Shown in pieces: positions 19,842-27,507 of a stretch of DNA of 29,686 bases. The translations under genes were made by a program, and so were the position numbers. Position 1 is the stretch's first letter, and every line of letters begins with the position of its first letter. The stretch is taken from assembly GCA_037444485.1 (NCBI GenBank), contig JBBIMI010000011.1, positions 1 through 29,686 on the forward strand, in the 5' to 3' direction. The notes under the pieces are model-generated. The model worked only from the letters and a program-made list of their open reading frames with translations. It did not search any database and was not told the origin of the DNA. Origin of the DNA: Candidatus Micrarchaeota archaeon (GTDB lineage Archaea > Micrarchaeota > Micrarchaeia > Norongarragalinales > Norongarragalinaceae).

Positions 19842-20381
19842 TTGGCTGAAAAAACATTGGTTGAAACAAACAAGGTTCTTGAAGCGATTCGAAAACGCAG
19901 AAGCATTCGCGCCTTCAAAAACAAGCCCTTGCCTCGCCAAGCAGTGAACGAGTTAAAGCAAGCAATCAAGTGGGCGCCAAGCGCAGGCAACCTGCAATCA
20001 ACGTTCCACTACCTTGTTTTCGACGCGCGCAAGCGCGAGCAACTCGCTCGCGCTGCGTTCGACCAAGATTTTATTATGCAAGCGCCGCTTGCTGTAGTTG
20101 CGTGCGCGGATTTCAACGCAATACGCAAGTACGGCAAGCGCGGACGCGAGTTATACGTTTTCCTCGACTGCGGAATCGCGATTCAAAACTTGTTGCTCGC
20201 AGCTTTCGCGCAAGGCCTCGGCAGCGTTGTTGTAGGTGCTTTCGATGAAGACCGCGTGCGCGAGATTCTCGAGATTCCCGAGCGTTTGAAGCCTGTCGCG
20301 ATAATTCCAATAGGTTTTCCCAGCGAGTCGCCGCAACCGCCGGAACGCAAGAGTGAAGAGAAAATGTTTAAAGAAGTTTAA
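19842..20381 (+). CDS. Nitroreductase family protein
   Basis: I..RRSIR.F, APSAGNLQ, DCGIA.QNLLLAA...GLGS..VGAF, PIGFP; TTG 19842 follows GAGGT (track start 19665 is over-extended). Confidence 0.92.
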   Translation: MAEKTLVETNKVLEAIRKRRSIRAFKNKPLPRQAVNELKQAIKWAPSAGNLQSTFHYLVFDARKREQLARAAFDQDFIMQAPLAVVACADFNAIRKYGKRGRELYVFLDCGIAIQNLLLAAFAQGLGSVVVGAFDEDRVREILEIPERLKPVAIIPIGFPSESPQPPERKSEEKMFKEV

Positions 20382-20516
20382 CTAGTTGACTTAAACTCTT
20401 AGTTGGCTTGAAATCTTTTTTTTCAAGTAAAAGGTTGAACAAAAAGCGTTGTTTTTAAGCCCTGCAAGGCAAGTTAAAAACTGGTTATAAAAACTGGTTA
20501 TAAAAAGGCGATTGAA

Positions 20517-20951
20517 ATGAGTGCTGACTCGTTGCCGATTGTTTTCGCGATCGTCTTGATTTCAGCTTTACTGCTTTTCGGCTGCGTCACGCAACCTCAA
20601 CAGCAAGGACGCGAAAATAAAATGAATCAATTAAATCAAACAGTTACGCTGGCAGTTACGCTGGTGCCTCCGAGTGCAAGCCTGCGTCCGCACGCAACAA
20701 CGCCGTCTCCGTACCCAACTGCTTTTCCGTCTGTTTCTCCAACGCCTTTCCTCGAGTGCGCGAAAGACTCTGACTGCATCGTGAGCGGATGTAATAACGA
20801 AATCTGCGCGAAGCAGTCTTACTCTTCAGTTTGCATAGCAAGGCCGGAGTTCGAGTGCTTGAAACTCACTTCATGCGGGTGCAGCAACGGCCGCTGCGGC
20901 TGGAAGCAGAACGACGCTTACGCCGCTTGCTTGAAAACCAAAACAAGTTGA
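20517..20951 (+). CDS. Lipoprotein with eight-cysteine-cluster domain
   Basis: Lipobox LLFGC, P/T linker, C..DSDC..SGC..EIC......VC......CL....CGC.NGRC.W. Confidence 0.8.
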   Translation: MSADSLPIVFAIVLISALLLFGCVTQPQQQGRENKMNQLNQTVTLAVTLVPPSASLRPHATTPSPYPTAFPSVSPTPFLECAKDSDCIVSGCNNEICAKQSYSSVCIARPEFECLKLTSCGCSNGRCGWKQNDAYAACLKTKTS

Positions 20952-20998
20952 AGGCATAGATTAAAAAAAATTTGAAAGGAAAATTGAAAGCGGTTGAA

Positions 20999-21874
20999 AT
21001 GGAGGAAAAAATAACGTTAGACTTGAATTCTTTTAAAGCGTTAGCCAGCGAAACGCGAGTGCACATTCTAAAGAAACTCGGCGGACGACGCGCTACAGCC
21101 AGTGAACTCGCGAGTTCGCTTGAAATCAGCGTTCAAGCTGCAAGCGAGCACCTCGAGAAGATGCGCGCAGCCGGGCTCGTTGCCCGCGTGTCGCGAGAGG
21201 AGGAACCGCCGCGCAAGTGGGTTTACTACGAGTTGACTGACAAGGGCCGCGCGTTGCTGCAGCCCGAGTCAACAAAAAAAATTTGGGTGCTTCTAAGCGC
21301 CAGCATTCTAGCGATTGCAGCCGGCTTTTCGCGCATTCTGCTAGACGTTTTCTCGCCTCGCGTGACGCTAACTCCAAGTGGTTCGAATGGCTTCAGTGAT
21401 TACGGCGTTAACAAGCTTGCTGTAAACAGTGTTGAAGGCATTCAAAAAATTGTGGAAGCAACCGCGAGAGCAGTTGAAGCGGCAGGCGGACAAGCTGCAG
21501 CTAGCGTAACGCCTGTTTTAAAAACGTTCGCGGCTTCCCCCACGCCACGGTTTATGGGCGTTGAATCCGGAATCAGTGGGGTTGCGAACGTGACGGCAAA
21601 CGCGAGCAATGCGAGCGTGAATGTTGTTGCAAGCGCGGTTGCGAGCGTGCAGCCCTCAACGCAGTTCATTCAAGCTGGAGCGCAAGCAACGCAGGGAATA
21701 CAAATCGCGCAGGGAGCGCAAGCAGTGCAAGCCGCGCAAGCCGCGCAGGCTGTTCACGCGGCTGGCGGAATCGCGTTAAACAGTTTCGAGCTCTTGTTAA
21801 TTGTTTTCGGCGCGCTTGCGTTAGGCGCGAGCGTAATGCTTTTAGCGCGCGCAAGGCAGCGGAAAGCATTATAA
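20999..21874 (+). CDS. Membrane-anchored ArsR-type winged-helix regulator
   Basis: FKALASETR..ILK.L, SELA, EHL..M..AGLV, KWVYYELT.KG, then two TM segments flanking an Ala/Gln/Ser-rich loop. Confidence 0.85.
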   Translation: MEEKITLDLNSFKALASETRVHILKKLGGRRATASELASSLEISVQAASEHLEKMRAAGLVARVSREEEPPRKWVYYELTDKGRALLQPESTKKIWVLLSASILAIAAGFSRILLDVFSPRVTLTPSGSNGFSDYGVNKLAVNSVEGIQKIVEATARAVEAAGGQAAASVTPVLKTFAASPTPRFMGVESGISGVANVTANASNASVNVVASAVASVQPSTQFIQAGAQATQGIQIAQGAQAVQAAQAAQAVHAAGGIALNSFELLLIVFGALALGASVMLLARARQRKAL

Positions 21875-21899
21875 AAAATTTGTTACGATTTATTACGAC

Positions 21900-22144
21900 T
21901 AAATAACTTACGCCTAAAGGCGTAGGATTCCAGCACGCTGCCCGGCTTGCGTTGGCTAGCGCAACTATCAGCGCGCGTAACGCGCGCGAAACGCGGCGTT
22001 AAGGCTCGCGCCGCCTGCGCGAATGAAGCCAGCGCGCCCCCTACAAAAATTGAAGCAAAAAATTGAAGCAAAACAATTTGAAGCGAAACAATTAGTGGTT
22101 GATTCGTCCCGCAACTGAACTCGCGGAATTTGTCAGTCAAACGC
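21900..22144 (-). mobile_element. Miniature IS200/IS605-like element, copy E (full length, inverted)
   Basis: Reverse complement reads TTTAAT GCGTTTGACTGACAAATTCCGCGAGTTCAGTTGCGGGACGAATCAACC ... GCAAGCCGGGCAGCGTGCTGGAATCCTACGCCTTTAGGCGTAAGTTATTTA. Confidence 0.78.
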
Positions 22145-22250
22145 ATTAAAAAAAGGCTTTTTAAAAAAACTTTTTGTTTTTAGAGGGATTATTCTAAAGG
22201 CGTTTAAGCATCGCAAACGATTATAAACCTTTTTTACTAAAAAAAGATTA

Positions 22251-22646
22251 ATGGTTGAAGAAAAGATAGAAAAAATAGAAAAGATTAAAGTCGCGTTGCT
22301 TGAAGACGATGAGTTACTCGCGCGCGTGATTAAAGACTATCTTGAAATGAATGGCTTTCAAGTTTTCCACTCGCCGGAAGGCACGGGCGCGTGGTTGGAA
22401 GAGTTGAAGAAGGAGGGCGTCAAAAATTTTTTGCTTGACGTTGAACAAAAAAACCAACCGCTTGGAATAATATTCGCTGAAAAAATCAAGAAAAACGAAG
22501 AAATAAAGAATCCTAAAATAATTTTAATGAGTGGTTCGCCGGAACACGAAGAAAAAGCAAAGCAAATGGGGCACCCGTTCGTCTCCAAACCGTTTTTTCC
22601 CGAGTCTTTAATTGAGCTACTTAATCAACACTTCAAGAAAAAATAA
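22251..22646 (+). CDS. Single-domain response regulator (CheY-like receiver)
   Basis: LLEDD, phosphoacceptor LLD, ILMSG, KPF all present. Confidence 0.88.
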   Translation: MVEEKIEKIEKIKVALLEDDELLARVIKDYLEMNGFQVFHSPEGTGAWLEELKKEGVKNFLLDVEQKNQPLGIIFAEKIKKNEEIKNPKIILMSGSPEHEEKAKQMGHPFVSKPFFPESLIELLNQHFKKK

Positions 22647-22920
22647 ACAAAAAAAACGAGGAAAGAATAACCTATTGCAGTATTGCAGTGTTTTACGCAA
22701 TTTTTTTTCGTTTGCTGGCGGTAGTGCGAGAAAAACGCGTTGGTTTTTTCGCCAATATTTTTGTGTTAAGTTCTTATCGTTTTTTTCGCGTTGGTTTTCA
22801 AACTGTTTTCACGTTTTCAAATTGTTTTTTTTTACAACTGTTTACAGCCGTGACGCGGGCTTGCTTCACGCAGCGGGCTTGCGTGCGGGCTTGCGTTAAT
22901 GCCGGCCTGCTGGCCTCGCG

Positions 22921-24258
22921 TTACAAAACGCTGAAATAGTTTTTTATTTCAAAGTCCGTAACGTGCTTGTTAAACCTCGCGCATTCTATCCTCTTGTTTT
23001 CCACGAATTTTTTGAACACGTGTTCCGGAAGCGTTTTCCGCACGAGCTCGCTTTCCTCGAAAAGTTCAAGCGCTTTTTCCAGTGAAGGCGAGAGTTCTTC
23101 AACCAACAATTTTTTTCTTTCTGACTCGGCCGCGTGAAAAACGTTTTTCTCCATTCGCGGCGGAGGAATTAATTTTTCTTTGATTCCCTGTATTCCAGCA
23201 GCGTGAATCAAACTCATTGCTAAGTAAGGATTGCAGGCTGGGTCTGGGCTTCTCAACTCTATTCTCGTCGCTTTTTCTTTTCCTTTCTGGTATTCTGGAA
23301 TCCTCACGTAAGCCGACCTGTTCCTAGTTCCCCAAACGAGGTACGTTGGAGCTTCAAAGCCAGGGCAAAGCCGCTTGAAAGAATTAACCCATTGGTTTAA
23401 CCCAACCTGAATTTCTTTCCCGTATTTTATTAATCCAGCAACGTAAGACTCTCCAGTTTTGCTTAAACCTTTTTTTTCTTCATCGAAAAACAAGTTGTTA
23501 TCATTCCTCCAAAGCGAAATATGTAAGTGCATGCCGCTGCCGTTGATTCCAGCTATCGGCTTCGGCATGAAGGAAGCGTAAAACCCTAGTTTTCTCGCTA
23601 CTTTTTTCACTACGTACTTGCTTAAAACCACTGCGTCAGCCATTTTCAAAGCGTCGTCGAAAAGCAAGTCTATCTCGTGTTGGCTTGGCGAAACCTCGTG
23701 GTGGTCGAACTCTGTGCTTACCCCCATTTCGTTAAGCATTAACTGCGCTTCTTTTCTCACCTCTCCGCACAATCCAGACCTAAAGTAACCGCCTTGGTCA
23801 GTATGCGAAGGGTTTTCGTCGTTCTTGAAAACAAAGAATTCGAGTTCAACGCCGACTTTAAGCGTTCCGAAACCCGCGTGTTTTTTAACAGTGTTTTCAA
23901 GCAACGCTCGAGTATCACCCTCGAAAGGCGTCTTGTCCGGCTTGTACACTCCGCCGAAGACTATTGCTTCCCTCCAAGTTTTTTCCGAAGCCTTGTACTC
24001 CCAAGGCAAGATTTTTAACGTATTCAAGTCAGGACGGAATACTAAGTCGCTTTCTTCTATTCTAGCGAAGCCTTCAACTGAAGAACCGTCAAACCCTTTC
24101 CCTTCATCAATCAAACTATCGATTTCGCGAATCGGGATAGTAAAGTCAATCATTCTCCCGAGTACGTCTACAAATACGGGTCTAACGAATTTCACGTTCT
24201 CTTTTTCAAGGCGCTGTAAAACCTTGTTTTTTTCGATTGTTTTCCTCGCTTTCCCTAT
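22921..24258 (-). CDS. glnA: Glutamine synthetase type I
   Basis: FDGSS.EGF.RIEESD, G.ELEFF, HHEV...QHEID, FMPKP..G.NGSGMH.H.SL, RL.PGFEAP, NRSA.VRIP, RIELRSPDP.CNPY; start extended from track GTG 24195 to a proposed ATA at 24258. Confidence 0.95.
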   Translation of the reverse strand: MGKARKTIEKNKVLQRLEKENVKFVRPVFVDVLGRMIDFTIPIREIDSLIDEGKGFDGSSVEGFARIEESDLVFRPDLNTLKILPWEYKASEKTWREAIVFGGVYKPDKTPFEGDTRALLENTVKKHAGFGTLKVGVELEFFVFKNDENPSHTDQGGYFRSGLCGEVRKEAQLMLNEMGVSTEFDHHEVSPSQHEIDLLFDDALKMADAVVLSKYVVKKVARKLGFYASFMPKPIAGINGSGMHLHISLWRNDNNLFFDEEKKGLSKTGESYVAGLIKYGKEIQVGLNQWVNSFKRLCPGFEAPTYLVWGTRNRSAYVRIPEYQKGKEKATRIELRSPDPACNPYLAMSLIHAAGIQGIKEKLIPPPRMEKNVFHAAESERKKLLVEELSPSLEKALELFEESELVRKTLPEHVFKKFVENKRIECARFNKHVTDFEIKNYFSVL

Positions 24259-24557
24259 AACGCCACACCCTCAAATCAAATAAAAAAACAAGAATCGAAT
24301 AAAAAACAAGATAAAACGCTGTTGTTTAATAACTTTTCTCTAACATAACTTTTCTTTAAAATAACGCCTTTGCTAATAAAAGGGTTTTGGTAGCAGGTCA
24401 AGAGAGCAAGTTCCTGACTTTAAGATTTTTAACAACTTTTTTTTCTTTTCTTTCTTTCCTTTAACAACTTCTCCATTTCCTCTAACAACTTTTTTTCTCC
24501 CCCATTTTTTTTCTTCAACCTAACTCTTTTCCCAGCCCGCCATTAACTCTAATCCTG

Positions 24558-24660
24558 ACTCGAAACCAAGAAACCAGGAGACCTCGAAACTAAGACCCCG
24601 CTTCAAAACCAAGAACCCGCCTCGAAACCAAGAGACCTCGAAACCGAGAGATTAGAAACG
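24558..24660 (+). repeat. Degenerate tandem array of a CTCGAAACCAAGA-like unit
   Basis: About 5-6 imperfect copies with irregular period in the divergent glnA/SPFH spacer. Confidence 0.75.
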
Positions 24661-24705
24661 TTTTTAAAGCCCGTTCGAACACAAAAAATACTTGGTGGTT
24701 TTTGT

Positions 24706-25542
24706 ATGCACCGCGAAGTAGTAATTTTCTTTACGATTATCGCTGGCGTGTTGGCGTTGTTTTACGGGCTTGTTTTCGTCTTGAAGCTTCCGCTGCCCTT
24801 AGTGTTCGCAGTTCTAGCGGCAATAGTGTTTGCTGCTTACTTTTTTCCGCGTTTCGAAGAATTCAAGGAGTACGAGCGGGGCATTGTTTTCCGGTTAGGC
24901 AAGTTTGACCGCGTTGTGGGACCGGGTTGGATTCCGTTGTTTGGACGCGTTGAAGACGTGGTGCGCGTTGACTTGCGGACTCAAACAATTGACATCGAGC
25001 CGCAGGAAGTGATTACTAAAGACGAAATCAAGGTGAAGGTTGACGCTATAGTTTACTGGCAGGTGGTAAACCCGCGGAAGGTAGTGATTGAAGTCAAGGA
25101 CGTGAAGAACGCGGTCAAGCAAGTGATTTACTCAAACATCCGCGAGGCGGTTTCGAAACTCTCGGTCACCGAACTCTTGACGCATACGGACGAAATCAAC
25201 GCGCAGTTGCAGGAAGTGCTCGAGCAGGTGGCGCACGATTGGGGCGTGCGCGTGACGCGCGTCGAGATTCAGCGAGTTGAACTTCCGCCGCTGTTGGTTG
25301 AAGCAAACCAAAAGCGCAAGGCAGCCGAGGAATTCAAGCTGAAGCTCGAAACGGAAGCGCGCGCGAGGCAAATCGCGCTCGAAATTTTGAACGAGGCGGC
25401 GAGCAAGCTGAGCGACGAAACCATGGCTTACCTCTATCTGGACGCGTTGAAGCGCGTGGGCGAAGGCAAGAGCACGAAAATCGTCGTGCCGCTCGAACTC
25501 ACGAAACTCGTTCAAGCGCTTGCGGACAAGACGGGAATCTAA
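24706..25542 (+). CDS. SPFH / band 7 (stomatin-like) membrane protein
   Basis: N-terminal TMs, EYERGIVFRLG, GPG, VDLR, QEVITKD...VKVDA.VY, WGV.V.RVEI. Confidence 0.92.
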   Translation: MHREVVIFFTIIAGVLALFYGLVFVLKLPLPLVFAVLAAIVFAAYFFPRFEEFKEYERGIVFRLGKFDRVVGPGWIPLFGRVEDVVRVDLRTQTIDIEPQEVITKDEIKVKVDAIVYWQVVNPRKVVIEVKDVKNAVKQVIYSNIREAVSKLSVTELLTHTDEINAQLQEVLEQVAHDWGVRVTRVEIQRVELPPLLVEANQKRKAAEEFKLKLETEARARQIALEILNEAASKLSDETMAYLYLDALKRVGEGKSTKIVVPLELTKLVQALADKTGI

Positions 25543-25577
25543 AAAACAAAAAAAGGGAAGGGTAGTGTTTCAAGTAA

Positions 25578-26573
25578 ATGCAGATTGTGATTAACGATTA
25601 CGGCGTATTTTTTGGTAAGAAAGGCGAAGTTTTTCAACTGAAAAAACCTGACGCGGAAGCTGAAGAAATTGCTGCCGAGCAAGTGAGTCAGGTAGTTATC
25701 GCGTCTCCAGCGACTGTTTCTTACGATGCGGTAAAACTCGCTATCGAGAAGGACGTTGACATAGTTTACTTGGATTGGCGTGGAATGCCGATAGCTCGAA
25801 TTTTTCCCTGCAAACTCGGTGGAACTACCCTGACGCGAAGAAAGCAATTAGAGGCTTACGAGACGGAAAAAGGCGCGGTTCTCGCGAAAACGATGGTCGG
25901 CGCCAAAATACTGAATCAAGCTTTTTTCTTGAAGTCTCTGGGAAAAAGCAGGAAAAACAAGTTGTTTTACGAGAATGCCGAAGCTATTCTAAAGTGCGAG
26001 AAGAAAATTGATTTTCTAAGCAAGAATATAGATTCCTTTAGGCAAGAGCTTTTGGGCATAGAGGGAAACTGCGCCAGCATCTACTTCAATTCTTTATCGG
26101 CAATTCTTCCTTTTAGTGGAAGGAATCAGGACGGCACCGACGCAGTAAACGTGTTCTTGAACTACGGCTACGGAATACTGTATTCCGAGATAGAGAAAGC
26201 ATGCATCTTAGCCGGCTTGGATCCTTACCTAGGCTTTTTCCATACAGATAGGTACGGCAAGCCCTCGATGGTTTTAGACTTGATTGAAGGCTTTCGCCCA
26301 ATAATAGTAGACCGCGCGATAGTCACGTTGTTCATTCAAAAGCAGGTTGACGAATCTTGTTTCGAAGAAGCGGAAGACGAAATTGGAAAAAGGTTGAGTA
26401 AGAGTGGTAGGGAAAAAATAATCAAGCAGGTTATGGAACGCTTGCACTCGAAAATAGTTTTTGAGGGAAAAAAGCTCGAGCTTCAAGGCATAATTTTGAA
26501 GCAGGCGCGAGCGATAGCGAAAAGCTTGTTGGATGATTCGTTCGAATTCAAGCCATTCATTTACAAGTGGTAG
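25578..26573 (+). CDS. cas1: CRISPR-associated integrase Cas1
   Basis: LLGIEG..A..YF, D..N..LNYGY..L, GLDPY.GF.H, LDL.E.FRP..VD; catalytic E/H/acidic residues present. Confidence 0.97.
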   Translation: MQIVINDYGVFFGKKGEVFQLKKPDAEAEEIAAEQVSQVVIASPATVSYDAVKLAIEKDVDIVYLDWRGMPIARIFPCKLGGTTLTRRKQLEAYETEKGAVLAKTMVGAKILNQAFFLKSLGKSRKNKLFYENAEAILKCEKKIDFLSKNIDSFRQELLGIEGNCASIYFNSLSAILPFSGRNQDGTDAVNVFLNYGYGILYSEIEKACILAGLDPYLGFFHTDRYGKPSMVLDLIEGFRPIIVDRAIVTLFIQKQVDESCFEEAEDEIGKRLSKSGREKIIKQVMERLHSKIVFEGKKLELQGIILKQARAIAKSLLDDSFEFKPFIYKW

Positions 26574-26585
26574 GGTAGTAAGAGA

Positions 26586-26864
26586 ATGTATTGGGTTATT
26601 TACGACATTAGCGAAAACAAAGTGCGTTCCAAAATCGTTAGGTTGTGCAAGAACTTCGGCTTGAGGAGAGTGCAGAAAAGCGCGTTTCTCGGATTGCTTT
26701 CGAAAAACAAGGCGGAAATGCTTTACGAGAAAAGCAAGGAAGTCCTCGAAGAAAGCGACTGCGTTTTCTTTCTTCCAGCTTGCAGAGAGTGCTTCAAAAG
26801 CAAGATAATCGCTGGAGAATTCGATGAAGATAAGTTCAAAGAGAAGGATTTCGTGGTGGTTTGA
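26586..26864 (+). CDS. cas2: CRISPR-associated protein Cas2
   Basis: VIYDIS..K.R, G..RVQKSAF.G; 92 aa; follows cas1. Confidence 0.96.
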   Translation: MYWVIYDISENKVRSKIVRLCKNFGLRRVQKSAFLGLLSKNKAEMLYEKSKEVLEESDCVFFLPACRECFKSKIIAGEFDEDKFKEKDFVVV

Positions 26865-27488
26865 ATGAATCGAAACGGCGTTTTGTCGATGAAGGACGTA
26901 ATGAATTTCGAGTACTGTCCTAGAATAATTTATTTCGAGCACGTCTTGCGGGAACCGCAAGAGACGACTATAAAAGAATTCGCTGGCAGGGAGAAAGACA
27001 AAGCGTACACGCCGTATTCCAAGCGGCTTAAGATAATCAAGCGTGAAAAGCCGCTGAAAGCAGAGCAGAAGACTGAATTGCCGGCGTTGGAGCGGAAGTA
27101 CAAGGTTTGGCTGTATTCGAGGGAAAAAAATTTTCAGACGGTTTTAGACTGCTTATTGTTTAACAATGAAGAAAAGAAGGCTTTTCCTTTGCAGTTTAAG
27201 AATACTTTCACGCCCGAAATTGTTTTTCGCACCCAAAAGTTGCAATTGTACGGCGAAGCGTCGCTCGTAAAAGAATTGCTTTGTTTTGACGTTCCAGCTG
27301 GTTTCTTGAAGTTTTTGAAGTCGGGCGATTGCATTAAAATACCTATTTGCGCTTATGGTTTAGAATGGTTTGAAGGCGTCTTGAGTGACGTAAGCAATAT
27401 AATTGAAGAGGAATGCTTGCCTGAACCGACGCCTCACAAGAAACGATGCGTTGACTGCTGCTTCAAAAAACAATGCTTGAGGACGTAA
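26865..27488 (+). CDS. cas4: CRISPR-associated protein Cas4 (atypical nuclease motifs)
   Basis: YCPR N-terminal Cys plus C..C.F...C C-terminal Fe-S ligands; abuts cas2 (TGA ATG); motifs D95, Q110-x-K112. Confidence 0.92.
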   Translation: MNRNGVLSMKDVMNFEYCPRIIYFEHVLREPQETTIKEFAGREKDKAYTPYSKRLKIIKREKPLKAEQKTELPALERKYKVWLYSREKNFQTVLDCLLFNNEEKKAFPLQFKNTFTPEIVFRTQKLQLYGEASLVKELLCFDVPAGFLKFLKSGDCIKIPICAYGLEWFEGVLSDVSNIIEEECLPEPTPHKKRCVDCCFKKQCLRT

Positions 27489-27507
27489 AGAAAGAGAGGT
27501 CATTTAA

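Noticed and set aside
21883..22146. 87-aa ORF spanning element copy E
   Set aside because: Frame not conserved in the other copies; no transposase motifs
24558..24660. Possible degenerate CRISPR array upstream of SPFH/cas1
   Set aside because: Units about 13 bp, irregular, with no spacer-length unique sequence; unrelated to the 37-bp repeat
26274..26960. 228-aa antisense ORF across cas1/cas2/cas4
   Set aside because: Shadow frame of real genes with no recognisable motifs; the same applies to other antisense ORFs in the track
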